DNA of 64,000 nt, taken from assembly GCA_951406725.2 (NCBI GenBank), contig OX597816.1, forward strand, positions 96,720,001 to 96,784,000, given 5' to 3'. Source of the stretch: Octopus vulgaris. Lineage: Eukaryota. Each line of letters opens with the position of its first letter. Position 1 is the stretch's first letter. The notes below the pieces were generated by a model. That model was not told the DNA's origin and did not search any database. It saw only the letters and a list, made by a program, of their open reading frames with translations. This document shows positions 1-13,859 of the stretch, piece by piece. The position numbers were made by a program, and so were the translations under genes.

Positions 1-2779
1 TCCTCCACAACTTTCAAGTACGACCTGATACTGCTTACCCTTAAGTATGATGCTGTTGCTACAAATGCTCACATCCCAAAGAAGGCCAGTCAACTAACTG
101 ACAAAAATTCAGTCATCAGCATGCTTCAACCACTAGCTCACAGATATGCTACTTCTGTAATCTACCTTTGTTGTTATGAGAGTTGCAATGCCCCTTTGTA
201 AGAGATAGACTGGTCCAAGTAAAGTATAAATAGTAACAATCTGAGTGAGCTTGACAGTTCAGAGCCAAGTGAAGTTCATGTTAGTTTGCAGTGAAGTCAG
301 GTGTCAGTTGGTTAGTTCACAAGGAATATTTATTGTTGGTTCATAAAGAGATTTGTTAGTTTGTTACATTGTTTTTACGGTCATCTGGTTATCTTGTTTA
401 CTGTATGTAACAATTACGTTGCAACAACCTTTTTTGTCACAATTATAATGGTCTCTGCTTCTCTGCACATGCTAGCTGCTTACCTTCTTCTCCCAGGCCA
501 TCTTGTCCCACCTATCTTTCCCATGTCATTAATTGTCTCAGTCCTTTATCTTACTACTTAGATTTTGCACTAAATACTTCATACAATCCTTCCTTTTCAG
601 AATGACAACCAAAAAGAATTCTGAGAAAAATATTTGTTTGAATTTTAAAAGATTAGCTTGTATAAATGTGTTGAGAGATATGCTGGTTGAACCTCATAGA
701 GAATATGATAAAGGACTGAGACGATTAATGACACACTGTGCTTAAGAAAATGTCCAACTATGCAAGAATGGCAAAGCTAGTGTTAAAAATGGTTTTAGTG
801 ATTGAGGCTAGAGGCATAATACATATATGTGTGTATAGATGTGTATATACCTGCACACATTTGGATTTCTCATCTAATGTGTCTGTCAAGTCTACATCTG
901 CTACTCCACTCCTCTATTTGATACCTTCTTATCTCCCTGTCACTCTTCCCAACTCATCTCACTCATTCTCATTTTTCTACCTAACATGTATTGTCTCTCC
1001 ATCCAAACCTATTTGCTGTATTATTCTGCTACAGAACCTATTACATCATATCATTAATGACTTAGACAATAACAACCCATCAAATCCAAAAAGCAAAAGT
1101 AAAGTAACAAATATGATGAGGTGATAAGGATCAGATTTGATGAAAACATTAATACAACAGAAAAGAAAGCAAGTTTCTAGAGATTGCATTCTAATCTGTG
1201 AATAGTTTCTTTGAAATAAAAAATTCCAAGCTGCTTCAATAGTTATTTCATAATTACAGACAATTTTCACTGATTTTGTTTTCTAAACTTTATTAAATTA
1301 TCAATATTTTCTCCACAATTTAACAGCAAGGTAAAATATATCTGTTAAGAGAAGAGCGACCGTCTATTGGTATAACTTTACTCATATCTTTAAATATAGT
1401 CTGCTTAAGTTAGCAACGTGAATATTGAAGAGTAGAAAGGAAATCCAGCCACGTTTCATGGTTTGCTATCTCAATAACTTCTTTATAGCATCTAGTGGCC
1501 AAAGACATTATCAGGAGGAACCATGTCTGGTTTTGGCCCCTATTCCTCTACTATTTTTGGTATTAAATGCTTATATTAAATCATATTAAATGCTTCTATT
1601 GTTTTCTTTTTAGTGCAATGCAATAGTGTTTCTACAACCAAATGTTCTTTATCTGTAATCTTCTGGGTCTGCTGCCACTAGTACTTGCATAGGTTACACC
1701 ATTTTTGTCTCCCTTTCTATATTTCTGCACAATAAAATCACAATAAAAATCCCCAGAAAATGCATGGTGGCCATTTTCACTGTGTACACTTTACATTTAT
1801 TAATTCTGCTTTTAATATTCTTCATTCTTTTTCTATATTTTAGTTTAGAGCAGAAATAAAACACAAATTACAAAGAAATTCTTGAATGGGGTAGAAAAAT
1901 TTTCATTTAATCTGAGAATGGAATGTCTGCATCCCATCATACATAAAAACAATATAGAAATATGATAGTAGATGAAGCTGGCATCAAGAGTGGGTGGCTA
2001 TAAAATATTAAAGCGTTTCTGAAACAGCTAATATCATTCAGAAACAGAGATCAATAGTAAATTAGCAAGGCTCAGAAGTCCATTAAGTTCTAGTGATTCT
2101 GTCAACATGCCTCAACAAAGTGCTGTAAACTCATTAATCAGTCAATAAATACTTTACTGTTGGAAATGTATTAAATCTTGATGAAATTAGCATTTAGAAT
2201 AATGATGTGAAGATAAAGAAGATAAAGTAAACAAACCAAAATAAAATAGGTGTATCAGCAAACGGCTCCATTACCTGCCATTAAAGTAGTTTCATAAGGA
2301 GCTGTATATTTGTTTTTATGGCATTTGATTCATAAGAAAAATGTAAATGAGCTCTGCTACAATTAACGTGACTGCAATTATAAATATACCCAAAATGAAT
2401 CTTATTTATTTTCACTTGAGATTTTTTTCCCAAGCTCTCTAGATGAAATAACAAAACCCTCATGCATCAATATTCAATAAATTGAATATTATCACTATGA
2501 TTATAATTCTCTTTTATTACCTGATATAATATCAAAGCAATCTTTATGTTTTCACATTTGCACAAAATTAAATATCATGTGATTATCTTTCCTGCAAAAG
2601 TTTCTCTTGATTTTTTTTTATTGCTTAATTTTTCTTTTAATGCTGAATGGTGTGTGTATAAAACACTATTTGTAAAAAACACTGAACAGTCACTTAGTGA
2701 CGTGTAAAATGGACATTCTTTTAGATAACCTTTAACAGTCTCAATGGAGATTAAAAAAAGATAAAATAACTTAACAGGG

Positions 2780-3195
2780 CTGCTAGCTGGCCCCCATGCC
2801 CGTGGCATGTAAAAAGCACCATTTGAGCGTGATCATTACTAATGTCTCTTTACTGGCACTTGTGCTGGTGGCATGTGAAAAACAACATTCGAGCGAGGGC
2901 GTGGCCAGTGCTGCTGGACTGGCTCCTGTGCAGTTGACATGCAAAAAACACCATTTGAGCGTGGCCGTTGCCAGTACTGCCTGACTGGCCCTCGTGCCGG
3001 TGGCATGTAAAAGTACCCACTACACTCTCGGAGTGGTTGGCATTAGGAAGGGCATCCAGCTGTAGAAACTCTGCCAGATCCGATTGGAGCCTGGTGCAGC
3101 CATCTGGCTCGTCAGTCCCCAGTCAAACCGTCCAACCCATGCCAGCATGGAAAGCAGACGTTAAACGATGATAATGATAATGATGATGATGATGC
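2780..3195 (+). mobile_element. RTE-tail SINE / RTE 3' UTR with tandem subrepeats and (GAT)n tail
   Basis: Repeated 'gtggcatgtaaaaagcacc' units, then 'gagtggttggcattaggaagggcatccagc...aacgatgatgat'. The same tail ends the RTE fragments at about 41700 and 55150. Confidence 0.8.
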
Positions 3196-3599
3196 TCTTC
3201 CAGCTGAATTCGTCAGTATTTTAATTTACCAAATCAGTGAGTTATTATTGCACAAAATATTATAATCATCATTATATTTGATGGCTTATAAAATACACAA
3301 ACCTCCACTGAAAAAAGTATTGTTCCAGAAAAATAATCAATGTTATTCAAACACAAGGTGAGAGTTTGGTGTTGCAGTGATCCCTAAAATTAATTACAAA
3401 CATCTCAGTAATGAATCTGCTTCCCAGAGTTATAAGTAAATATTTTTGGCGGTAACCACAAATATTAACATTACTTACTTCAAATAAAATAACATGAAGT
3501 CAGAAGGTTTAAATGAAAATGCTTGACCATACACACAACCAAACTAAGAGTCAGTTGTATCCTAAATTTTGTTTTGAATGATATATGAGTATTTTGCCA

Positions 3600-5971
3600 T
3601 CTATACTATAATGGAGAAAGCTGCTTATTAATTAGGTATGTAACAATTACTAAAAGTACTAAAAGAAAGCAATATCAAAAGCTTGGCTGTCTGGAAATAT
3701 TTTTATAAATTTATATTCTAAGAAATTGCCTATAATTTTGATTTCTGAAGTTTATTGAATTTTTTTAACCCTAAATCCTGACAAATTTAAATATTCATTG
3801 CATTCACTGTGTTCAATTTTTCATGAATTTAAATATCCATTGCATTAACTGCAGAGTAGATTTTAATAAACACGGTTTTAATAAACACTATTTATTCGTT
3901 GCAGGCAACATTTTACGTTTTTATTTGCAACAGTCTCTCATTCTCGCTCACCTCTATTTTTACTAATGTTAATTTAATAATAGCTATATAACTTGAATAT
4001 GAAACACAAATTCAAGAATGTTATCAGTTTATAAAATGAATATTTTTAATAAAATGAAAATTTTTTGATATACTGGTATAATTTTTAAATGATTTTGTGT
4101 TGAATGAATGCATGCTATTACACAAAATAGCTCTATAACTTTGATACGAGGCACAATTTCCAGAATATTATCAGTTTCCAGAGTTTGTTAAATGAATATT
4201 TTTGATAAAATAAAAGTTCTTTAATATACAGGTATAATTTTGTTGTTTTTTTTAAATGAAGATGTCATTTTGCTGGTATGGAACGCTATAAGCATTACAA
4301 TAATAACAATTATTTGATGCTGCTATTTCTAGCATGCTAAACAAGATAGTTTTTAATGAGCTTTTCTTTATATATAATATGCAATTGAAAAAGAAAATTT
4401 AGCAGCAAAGGCACAATAGCAAAGAGAAAGACAGGCAACTGAATCAGATGAAACCAGGGCAAAGCAACCGAAACAGACACCTGAATATGCACGGAGATGT
4501 AGACATGATTTTATGTTTGCCACACATGACCGACTAGTTAGGGTAACTCAAGAGGAGAATATTCTACTTGAAAATGATCACTGATTGTTGATGCCACACA
4601 AAAGAGATTTATTTCTTTGCGATCATGTGGAAATAGTGGAATTAACAACCAACCTAAGAATTCTTACAGAAGGTCATTCTGATGAAAGAGAGTTTACTAA
4701 TTACCTTCTTGATGTAGGAAATTGTAACATTTCCATCGAACAAAGCCTAGGTGAATTCAAAATCAGATTACCCAATGACCCTTGCCTCTTTCAGATCTAT
4801 GTGATTTTGTATATGCTGACCTCAAAAATAACTTCACAAACCCCGTGTGGCTTGCCAATAGAGCCATTGTTACTCCAACAAATGATGCAGCACAATTTGT
4901 GAATGATTTTCTGTTGACCAGGATCTCTGGTGAGCTAAAAATATACAGAAGCTCAGATACAATTGATAATGAAACACTGTACCCAACTAAGTTCATCAAC
5001 AAGCTTATACCATCAGAGTTTCCACCACACATTCTCAAACTGAAGAAAAAGTTGATGCATAATGCTTCTGAGAAATTTAGATGCTACTAACGGACATTGC
5101 AATGGCACACACTATATCATTGTCAGTTTACATGATCATCTTATTTAGGCTGATGTTGCTTCCGGTCCTTATGCAGGATCAACTCTGCTAATCCCAAGAA
5201 TACTACATGTATCTCAAGAAATGGAATTTCCGTTTATATCTACGCACAAACAATTTCCTGTCAAGCGAGCTTTTGCCTTGACATGCAACAAGGGACGAAC
5301 AGGCTTTTGAACAAATTGGAATATATCTTCCGACACAATTCTTCTCACATGGTCAGCTATATGTTGCATTAACTTGAGTTTGAAAGAAGACTAATGTAAA
5401 AATATTGACTGAGAGAAATGGAAACAGTATGATTACTGACAATTGTGTCTACAAGGAGATATTACTTTAAAGCAAAATATGCTTTTTAGCAAGTTTCAGT
5501 AAATAGAATTAACACATAAGTTATATGTAAAGTAACATACATTTATGTGGAATTAAATTGCTGTGGCATTTTTCAACACATGCCAAATGAATAGTATCGT
5601 TATATTAGGTTATTTTAAATATGGATATATTTGAAAGAGTAAGGAAACGTCATTCTATGTGTTCTCACAGCACCAGGCTTTTGTGTGTGTGAGTGCCCAT
5701 CCATCTGTCCATCTATCTATCTATCTATGCACACCTAAGTAAGTTCTACCAGTTATTAATGATAAATAGATATAACAGATTGGCTCTTTAAAAAAGAGAG
5801 ATTATGTCTGATAAAATAATGAAAGCAATATTTACTAAGCAAGTGAGCACTATTATACAAAGAAATAATTAGACATGAAATATCATAAAAATTATTAGAA
5901 TTGGGAATCAAATGTGGAAATATTATCGAGTGGCTAGCTGAAAACTGCCCGGAGGGTGGTCTTTCTGCTAG
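3600..5971 (+). mobile_element. Helitron, internally deleted, with degenerate RepHel/PIF1 helicase C-terminus
   Basis: 5' A|TC at 3600 and 3' hairpin plus CTAG|T at 5968-5971. PIF1-like motifs (RAIVTPTND, PSEFPPHILKLK, QFPVKRAFALTCNK, FFSHGQLYVAL) lie at about 4600-5470 with stops and frameshifts. Both ends are shared with 33174-34247. Confidence 0.9.
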
Positions 5972-7050
5972 TAAAAGTAATGGACATTTAGTAAGCAGCA
6001 TAATACAATATAATATAATATAATATAATATAATATGAGACAATGTGATATTGATTAATGGCATATTTTATACAGTGATCTTTAAACAAAAATTTAAATA
6101 ACCTTATATTTCAGATTTTACTTTTAACTTGCCTGCAATATAAGTAGTTTTAAAGACAAAATTTCTGTAACATTTATTTAAGAACCTTTTAAGTTGTGTA
6201 CGAAGCAGTATCTTAATATATCAATGAACAAAATAAAAAGATATAATTGTGTTATGAAACTAGTCTAAATCTGAAAGTATTTCATAATTTAACTGAAATA
6301 CATAGAAGGCTATATAAAGTGAATTAGTGGATGGCTCTTATGTACAACACTCACATTCAATCTACACTGAATTTCTTAAGTGATCATTAAATGTGGTACC
6401 CTGCTAAACAGCTTCACCAAGTCAGTGAATGCCAACAATAGGGGTTTCTCTTTGTGAAGTATTCTGCAGTTGCCTCACAAAAAAAAGTGCAGCTGTGGTA
6501 AGTCTTTCAGGCATGAAGCAAAATTGTATCTCATCTAGCACAGTCATGGATCAGCAGAGGATAGCATTTCTTCAAGAAGGGAGTAATATAGATTCTCATA
6601 AAGTACAAGCCAAATCTAAAATTCTAGAACAAGCAAATGCTAAGAATGAACATAGGATCTAGGATCTATGTTTTTGCTGTTTATTGTCTATGGTTTTTTG
6701 AGAATTTTCTTATCCATTGAACTTGATTCCACTAACATATTTCACTAGTAACAAGTGAAGAGAGTCATCTCTAAGTAAAAATTTGTTATGCAACCACTTG
6801 CAATGCATGCATTAAATGCATTCAAAATAACTAATTGGTTTTGTGATTATTATTCATAGATATATTTATGTTTCTACTACAATTATATAATTATTTCAGC
6901 ATTTTGCTGAAACACACGTATGTGCTATAAAGCATTTAATACCACATCTGTTTCCTGCTTTTTATTGTTAAATAGATAAACAAACAGATGTATATGTATA
7001 TAATGTAAATACACATATACACACACATATGTATGTATGTATGTATGTAT

Positions 7051-7450
7051 GGCGGAGGAACTCTTGTGAGTCAATGGCCATCCAATAAATGTCTTAAGGC
7101 TATATCATACGCGGAGACATAAAAATAATCGGACTAAATACCCGATCGCGCAGTTAAACCATTGGGAGTGAAGGACTCCCAGCCTTTGTTAGGGCATCCT
7201 TCTAAGAGAAGGTAACTCAGGTAACTGGGATAACTCCGACATAAAACCTGCGGCTCAGTGGTTACCGTGATGATGACTTGTTCTTCTTTTCGGTTTATGG
7301 CTGCTGTTGCTGAGTGAGTGAGATTGACTCAGTGCACAGCCTTTCCTCACTTTAAAAAAAAAAATCTTCTTGCACAGACATTGTACGATAACAACATTGA
7401 TTAAGCTTTGTGCAATGGCCATACTCGATAATGAGGGGGCAGCCATCACC
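7051..7450 (+). mobile_element. CpG-retaining ~400 bp non-autonomous element inserted in (ATGT)n
   Basis: Flanked on both sides by (ATGT)n. The segment 'gggcatccttctaagagaaggtaactc...ataaaacc' resembles RTE 5' UTR sequence. Confidence 0.6.
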
Positions 7451-7679
7451 ATGTATGTATGTATGTATGTATGTATGTATGTAGCATGTATGTTTGTTTG
7501 TATGTATAGAAAGCACACTTAAATAACTTTTCAGTACTACTAAAGGATAAAGCCATTAATTTTTACTCTAAATGTTTAGCAAGTAATGATATATTTCATA
7601 TCAAAAGTGTCCATTATTTCCCAGAATTTCAGCTTAAACATTTTATAATGCTTACCATTCACTAATTCTGAAAGGTACT

Positions 7680-8600
7680 GAGTTGAGTGAAAAGTTTTTC
7701 AAAATTTGGTAACTTATTTGTTCTATTCATCAAGTTACAACAAAAGCATCCTAACGTTCAAAGTAGAAGCCATTGTGTTGCACTGTCTGCAGTCACCTTT
7801 CTACCAGTTTCTGTCCTTTAAGGTGAAGAACTCCTTCACTAAAGCTTCCACCTTGTTTTGGTCGATGAAGCATCACAAGCACAGGAAGTGAGCCGTGGTT
7901 TGGAACAAGTAATAATCTAAGTGAGCCATGGTTTGGAATAAGTAATAATCTTCAAGTAATAATTGAGGGGAACTAATTCTGAACTACATGCTAGGTGTGA
8001 CATCTGCTTGATTCCCCCAGGTTTCTGTGTTTATTCTAGGTTGTGTGAGTGGTATGCAGTCTTATGTTGTCTTGCAGCAGAAGAGTTTGCTTTCTGCTAA
8101 CCAATATGAGGTACTTTTGCTGCACAATGGCATACAGCCACTCCAGCTATTCAGAGTACAAGTTGGTCTCAATGGTTCGATCATTCAGAATGAACACATT
8201 GTGAATTATATCCTTATAATTCTACTTTAAAATTTCACTAGATGCAAAGCATCATATGTTTGAAACACCCATGTTTAATGACAGACTCCAGAAGCTTGCC
8301 TTTGCATAACTAAAGCTTATGCACATTAAGAAGCAGAAAAATATCTCCCTCTATTATTTGTTCTGATTCATGGCTCACTTCCTGGGCTTGTGATGCTTCA
8401 TCAACAAAAAGGTGGCGAAAGCTTCAGGGAAGGAGTTCTTCACCTTGAAAGATAAGAACTGGTATAAGTGTGGGATCAAAGAACTGGGAAAAAGATGGTT
8501 TCAGACATGATGACCTTAACTTTCAATGCTAGGATGCTTTGTTGTAAATAAAGTAAATAATTTATCAATATATTGCAAAGCGTTTGATTGAACACAATGA
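7680..8600. mobile_element. old mariner-derived element with ~220 bp diverged inverted ends
   Basis: About 7690-7898 and 8368-8597 are reverse complements (gatgaagcatcacaagcacaggaagtgagcc versus ggctcacttcctgggcttgtgatgcttcatc). The arm encodes a remnant resembling the mariner C-terminus (GIKELGKRW). Confidence 0.65.
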
Positions 8601-9350
8601 TTATGGAATAAAATTTTCAGTAACTGTTTGATAAATCACTAGCTGACCACGTGCCATCAATAATGACAGCAAGTTGTAGTATATTATATATAAATCAGGT
8701 AGAAAATAAGGTACATAATAAACAGACATACAAACATTCATATACTTCCCTTGTACATGCACATGCATACACACATATATTCACACAAAGTTGAAACGCT
8801 GATTTATTTTTTCACCAACTTCATTCCTTATTTATATATCACCCCTTCCTTTCTCTCATTGCAATTATTTTCTCTCAGTCAGGGCTATAACTCTCACTAT
8901 TTTCTCCCTCCTCCACAGCCGTCATGGTTCTGGACAAATATATATATATATATATATCCAAATATATAAAAACACCACTCTCATTATTATATTAGGAAAG
9001 TGTATAATTTTAGAAAAGTTATGAGAACCATGTATCTTAAGCATAAAAGAATAACATAACTCTTTCTTAGACGTTTTCATAAACAAATAATTCAGAGTTA
9101 TATTTCCAGAAAATAACATTGAATTCAAGGTGATGGACAGAAATAGAAATATAATTTTAAATCTTATTAGTGTAAGTGCTATGTTGCTAAATATGCAAAT
9201 AACTGGAGAACAATTTCAATTGCTACTTTCCGGTGAGAGGTTTCAAGCAGGGAAAATCATCTATATGTTAAAACCTTTGCTAAAAAGATATGCGAAGTTA
9301 TGCAAGTGTCAAAACATTAAAATATAGAGTAATAAATCAGTTCAACTTAC

Positions 9351-9602
9351 TTGAGAAATTGAAGATTCTACCATTTGAAGATTGCTGTGTGAAGGAATTT
9401 CAGCTTGAAGGGTTTGACCTTGTGCTACCATTAATTCTTTACAAGCCAATGATTTAATCAACATTTTACCTGATTGTGATGGCAGTAAAACAAAGCAACC
9501 CAAAGGATGTTTAGTTTTCAGAAAGGAATCATGCAGGAGATTATTTTGTGGTGGAACTGAAGAAATTGTTTCCTGTCCAAGTTGACCAATTAACACATAT
9601 TC
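9351..9602 (-). CDS. M1AP: M1AP-like gene, coding exon (EYVLIGQLGQ...GCFVLLPSQSGKMLIKSLACKELMV...SNLQMVESSISQ)
   Basis: tctttcacacag|gaa...caa|gtaagt, 252 nt, phase 0-0. FVLLPSQSGKMLIKSLACKELM resembles recalled M1AP FYVIMPSHSLTLLVKAVATRELM. The downstream exon(s) were not found in the window. Confidence 0.9.
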
Positions 9603-11888
9603 CTGTGTGAAAGACAAATCAAACACAGTTTATATCATATTAAACTTCTTAAAATAAAACAAAAAAATTCCTTTCTAAATTTCTGAGAAGCGTTAAGGCA
9701 ACAATAATTACAAAATTTCTGTCTATAGAATATATATTTCATATTATTATGTTTTACATTATGTTTATAGTGGTCTAGTCTTTGATAATCTTCAGATACC
9801 AATTTTCTTGAGGAAAACATTTTCCTATTTTGAATTTATAATTCAAGCCCTTAATTGGAATGCCAGGTTTTTAACTTTCATTACTATTATTTCACTGCCC
9901 TGTAATATTTTCCACTGTCATGTAAAATGCTGCATTAGAAATAATGCTTCTAATAGTACTTAAAATCATGAACTGCCAGAATCCTCACACCAAGCAAATT
10001 GCTTAGCAGCATTTCATGTCTTTACACTCTGGGTTCAAATTCTGCCAAAGTCAACTTTGCCTTTCATCCTTTCAGGGTTGATAAAATATGTAAGTTGAAC
10101 ACTGAGGTTGATGTAATCAACAATCCTCTTACTCTGAACTTGCTGGCCTTGCACCAATATCTGAAACCAATTTATATATATATATATATATAGTACTTCA
10201 CATGATGATATGGTCCAAGCCTTATAAATATGATGTCCTTAAACCGTTCAAATTTTTTTTAATTAACTAAGCAATAATCTTTTTTAATTGAAAAGGAAAA
10301 AACAAATTTTGAAAAAAGGATAAAATGTTTATTGGTATTGAGTTTACTTTTCTTGTTAAGTATTCAACAACTGAAAGCTTTTACAAGCTACAATAATATA
10401 CTAGCTACTCTTACAGTCACGTAACACTTGCTCCTACTTCCACCCCTTCGATTAACTATTATATGGGGACAACAGACATATTCTGGAATATTGGATGTTT
10501 AAAAAAATTGTAATATCTAGTGTCATTTTGAAGCCATCCTTAGTTCTTTGATACAAATGTTCTGTTTTAAAGTGACCTAAATTAAAATCTTCCTTCAAAA
10601 TCTCATATCAGCTTGTTTCAGTCACTAACTTAGTAATTACAAAGATGTTTTACTAAATTTTATATTATATTTAAAACTAGATTAAACAAAGGTGTGTATG
10701 TCAACAGATATATGGTAAGAAAAGGGCTAAAGCATTTGGAATGGCTATCTACTGTTTATGCCAGGTTTATTATATTTTAAGTCTCACAGCCTTAGCTTCT
10801 CTATTTGAATTGATGATAGAAAGCTGAAATAGTAATTGATAAAAAGTAAAATAGGGAGAGAATGTCAACTGCTTTTTGGGTAAGGCAAATAAACAAACTG
10901 AAAATAATATAAAAAGGAAAAATTCTGTCAATACAAAATTACAAGAAGAAAATTGAAATGTTTGGATCCATAATATATCGAAAACTGTATATCTCAAATA
11001 CAAAGAAGTGTACACTGAATTTCTCATTGAAAATTGCCATAGAGTTTAGAACCATATTAACACATAAAGAATTTCATTTTCATATAAGCTAATTAAATGC
11101 CAAACCATTTCAGTAATTTCTTTTGTTGCACAATGAGAAGTGAATTAGAATAACATCATTTATGTGAAATGATAGCTTGCTATGAAAGAAATATTTTGAA
11201 AATCAAATGTAATGCAAAATATTTGTTTACAAAATTCTTTTTATACAAGTTAGTTATTATTTACAAGCTGTTTACCATTTATAACAAAACTGCTCAATAT
11301 TATCCCAAATTTACTGTTACATTATAACTGTCACATTAATAGTTTATTTTCATTGGAAAATTCAATTTAATCATATATTCAGTATTGTGTTTATCAATAT
11401 GAACTCATTCTTCTACAATCAACAAGTTATAAATGATACATTTATCTTGTTTCAAATGATATCTCAGAGCTTTAGTGGCTGATAGGTTAAGATGTTGGAC
11501 AACTTATCTTATAATGAAGTCATTCATAGGAGTTGTTTATTGCAAATGTAGGCAAAGCATATTACACTACTTAATAGTATTAAACCTTGCTGAAATGCAA
11601 GAACTCCTGCTATTTCATACTTATTACTAGTAGTTAAGTTACAATGAATATGTAAACAATATTAAAAACCTAAAATGAATATGAAATGAGGAATAAATAA
11701 TATTTTGCTTTATTTATTCCTGTATGTATGGGACAGAATTTCATACATGTTTCATTTTCCTTGCTGAAGTATAATCTAAGCAATTATGAATGAACCATTA
11801 AGTAAAGATACAAGGTGGTATATTTATTGCTGTAAGGAAATACATTTATTGTTGTAAGAAAATAGAATTGTTTAAAGAACTATTACCT

Positions 11889-12185
11889 CGGTTAGTAATG
11901 AAGAGCCTCTCCCCAAGAGCGAAAGGCAGATTGTATGATACCTGTGTATGAAAAGCTATGTTACATGGCAGTGAGACATGGGCTGTGACTACTAAGAACA
12001 TGTGAAGGCTTTGAAACAAATGAAGCCAGTATGCTCTGGTGGATGGGTAATGTCAGTGTGCATATACAACAGAGTGTAAATGATTTGAGAGATAAATTGG
12101 GTATATGAAGCATTAGATGTAATATGTAAGAGAGGAAACTGTACTAATACAGTCATGTAATGCATATGAATGAAGACAGTTGCTG
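11889..12185 (+). mobile_element. RTE LINE 3' ORF fragment
   Basis: KGRLYDTCV..AMLHGSETWAVT motif; homologous to 40840 onward and to 58280-58830. Confidence 0.8.
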
Positions 12186-12189
12186 GAAG

Positions 12190-12832
12190 GGTTCTCAACC
12201 CATGGGCAAAGTGGGATTACATGATGGGGGTGGTGTTTTCAAAAGGGTTGGCATATGCAACCTGATCACCTCTGCCGATCAAACTCCCAACCCATGCGTT
12301 CCCGTTACGACACTGATTCTGCAGAACTGGGTTGGGTATGAAAACCAACTTTAAAGTATGAATATAGATGTTTTTTAATCAGCAATGTTTGGTTAAGTCC
12401 TATTTGGGGTGAAAAATCAATAAACTATTTCCTTATGGGGTTTTCCATTTAATCAGGATTAAAAAAATCGATAAACTGATTCCTTAAATTGGTTTCACCC
12501 CATTTTCAACCATAACGTCTACCAATTTTTATGTATTTTGTTCAAACTTGATGCTAGCATTACTTAGGACTCATGGGAGCTTTGAATGCTTTAAGTTCTC
12601 CAAAAACGAAAAAAAAAAAAAAAACAATCGATGAGTGGAAAAAATCGATAAACTGATTCCTTATGGGATTTCCCAATCAAATTGTCTGCAAAATTTCAGT
12701 CAAAAGTTTACCAATTTCAACAGATTTCACTCAAATTTGGAGTCAATGTTACTTAGTTTGCTTTGAAATAAAGAGCTTGATTAGCTTAATAATCCTAATT
12801 TAATCCCGAGCAAAGCCGGGCTATACTGCTAG
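12190..12832 (+). mobile_element. Helitron-like non-autonomous element, 3' end clear, 5' end uncertain
   Basis: GC-rich hairpin cccgagcaaagccggg followed by CTAG|T at 12829-12832. An internal repeat 'aaaaatcgataaactgattcctta' occurs about three times. Confidence 0.6.
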
Positions 12833-12999
12833 TACAAAATAAAGCTTCCAATTGGTTAAAATCAGAAGCCATGGGAGCCTCTGCTTAGTACTGCATCAGG
12901 GCATCAAAGTGACACTGGAATACAGATATATGAAGCCCAATATACCCATCATGACCATTCAGCTCGTAAAGGTACACCAGGCACATGCATCACAACTAT

Positions 13000-13345
13000 G
13001 TTAGTTAGTTAGTCAGTTAGTTAGTTAATTTGGCTCAAAAGCAAATAGCAAGGCCATGTAGGGGGACATGGAGTTAAGTACAGGGTGGTGTTCATGTAAA
13101 GAGTTCAGGCCACTTGAGGTCAAGGGAGGCTTTGAACAAAGCGGTCGTCGGCATCTTCACCATCTTGTCTGGCAGCTTGTTCCACGGATCCGCAACCAGG
13201 ACGGAGAAAGCTCCTCTCCTTCGATTGAGATGAAATCATCGCAGGTAGAGCTTTTCGGAATGACCCCGCAGCCGACGCTCTGGAGCAGGAGTGAAGAACA
13301 GCTCTTTCAAGAGGTTACACTTTCCGCTTATGATGCTGTGCAACA
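13000..13345 (-). mobile_element. CR1/L2-type LINE 3' fragment with (CTAA)n tail, inserted in another repeat
   Basis: Minus strand encodes FHLNRRRGAFSVLVADPWNKLPDKMV...FKASLD. Tail reads (ttag)n on the plus strand. CpG-rich, so relatively young. Confidence 0.8.
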
Positions 13346-13859
13346 CTTTCCGCTTATTATGTGTGCAACATGGGGACCACATATCAAGACAAACAGTGCA
13401 TGATCTTACAGGTGGGCCCCAGTTAGAATTTTCTTCAGGTCAAGTAGTCCATCCTGCAAAAAAGGTTCCTGAAAAAGGTTTGTTTAAGGATGATGAATGA
13501 AATAATCATGTTTCCAGAGGTGAAATATTCAAACCCCAAAGAATTCCTCTCAACACAGCTATGGTGATCCTCCACTACTCCTACCCATGATCAGAGATGT
13601 ACATATTGTCAGCCACTAAGAAAAATGCTCAACTGGTGAATATCAAGTAACTGACAAGCAAATCTCTGGTCCTGAGCAGAATATTTGCTGTAGTCCATCT
13701 GTTACATCAAAACAAAAAAACATGTGCATGTTAATACATCCAATTAGTTAAGATCAGAAGCCATGAGAGCCACAGCCTGGTACTGCATCAGTGCATTGAT
13801 TTTACATCAAGTCATTGGTACGTCACCACCGCCGCCACTGCCACCACCACCATCATTAT

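Noticed and set aside
738-1124. 128-aa ORF
   Set aside because: Low-complexity intronic composition, no motifs and no splice support.
2780-3020. Spaced repeats of gtggcatgtaaaaagcacc (also 41340-41590) resembling a CRISPR array
   Set aside because: The spacers are themselves related, the repeats are degenerate, there are no cas genes, and the array is part of the RTE 3' UTR/SINE.
4585-5090. Host PIF1 helicase gene
   Set aside because: Intronless, frameshifted and enclosed by Helitron termini.
1-9340. Expected final M1AP exon(s) with a YNPL-like motif
   Set aside because: I found no such exon by eye; it probably lies beyond the left edge of the window.
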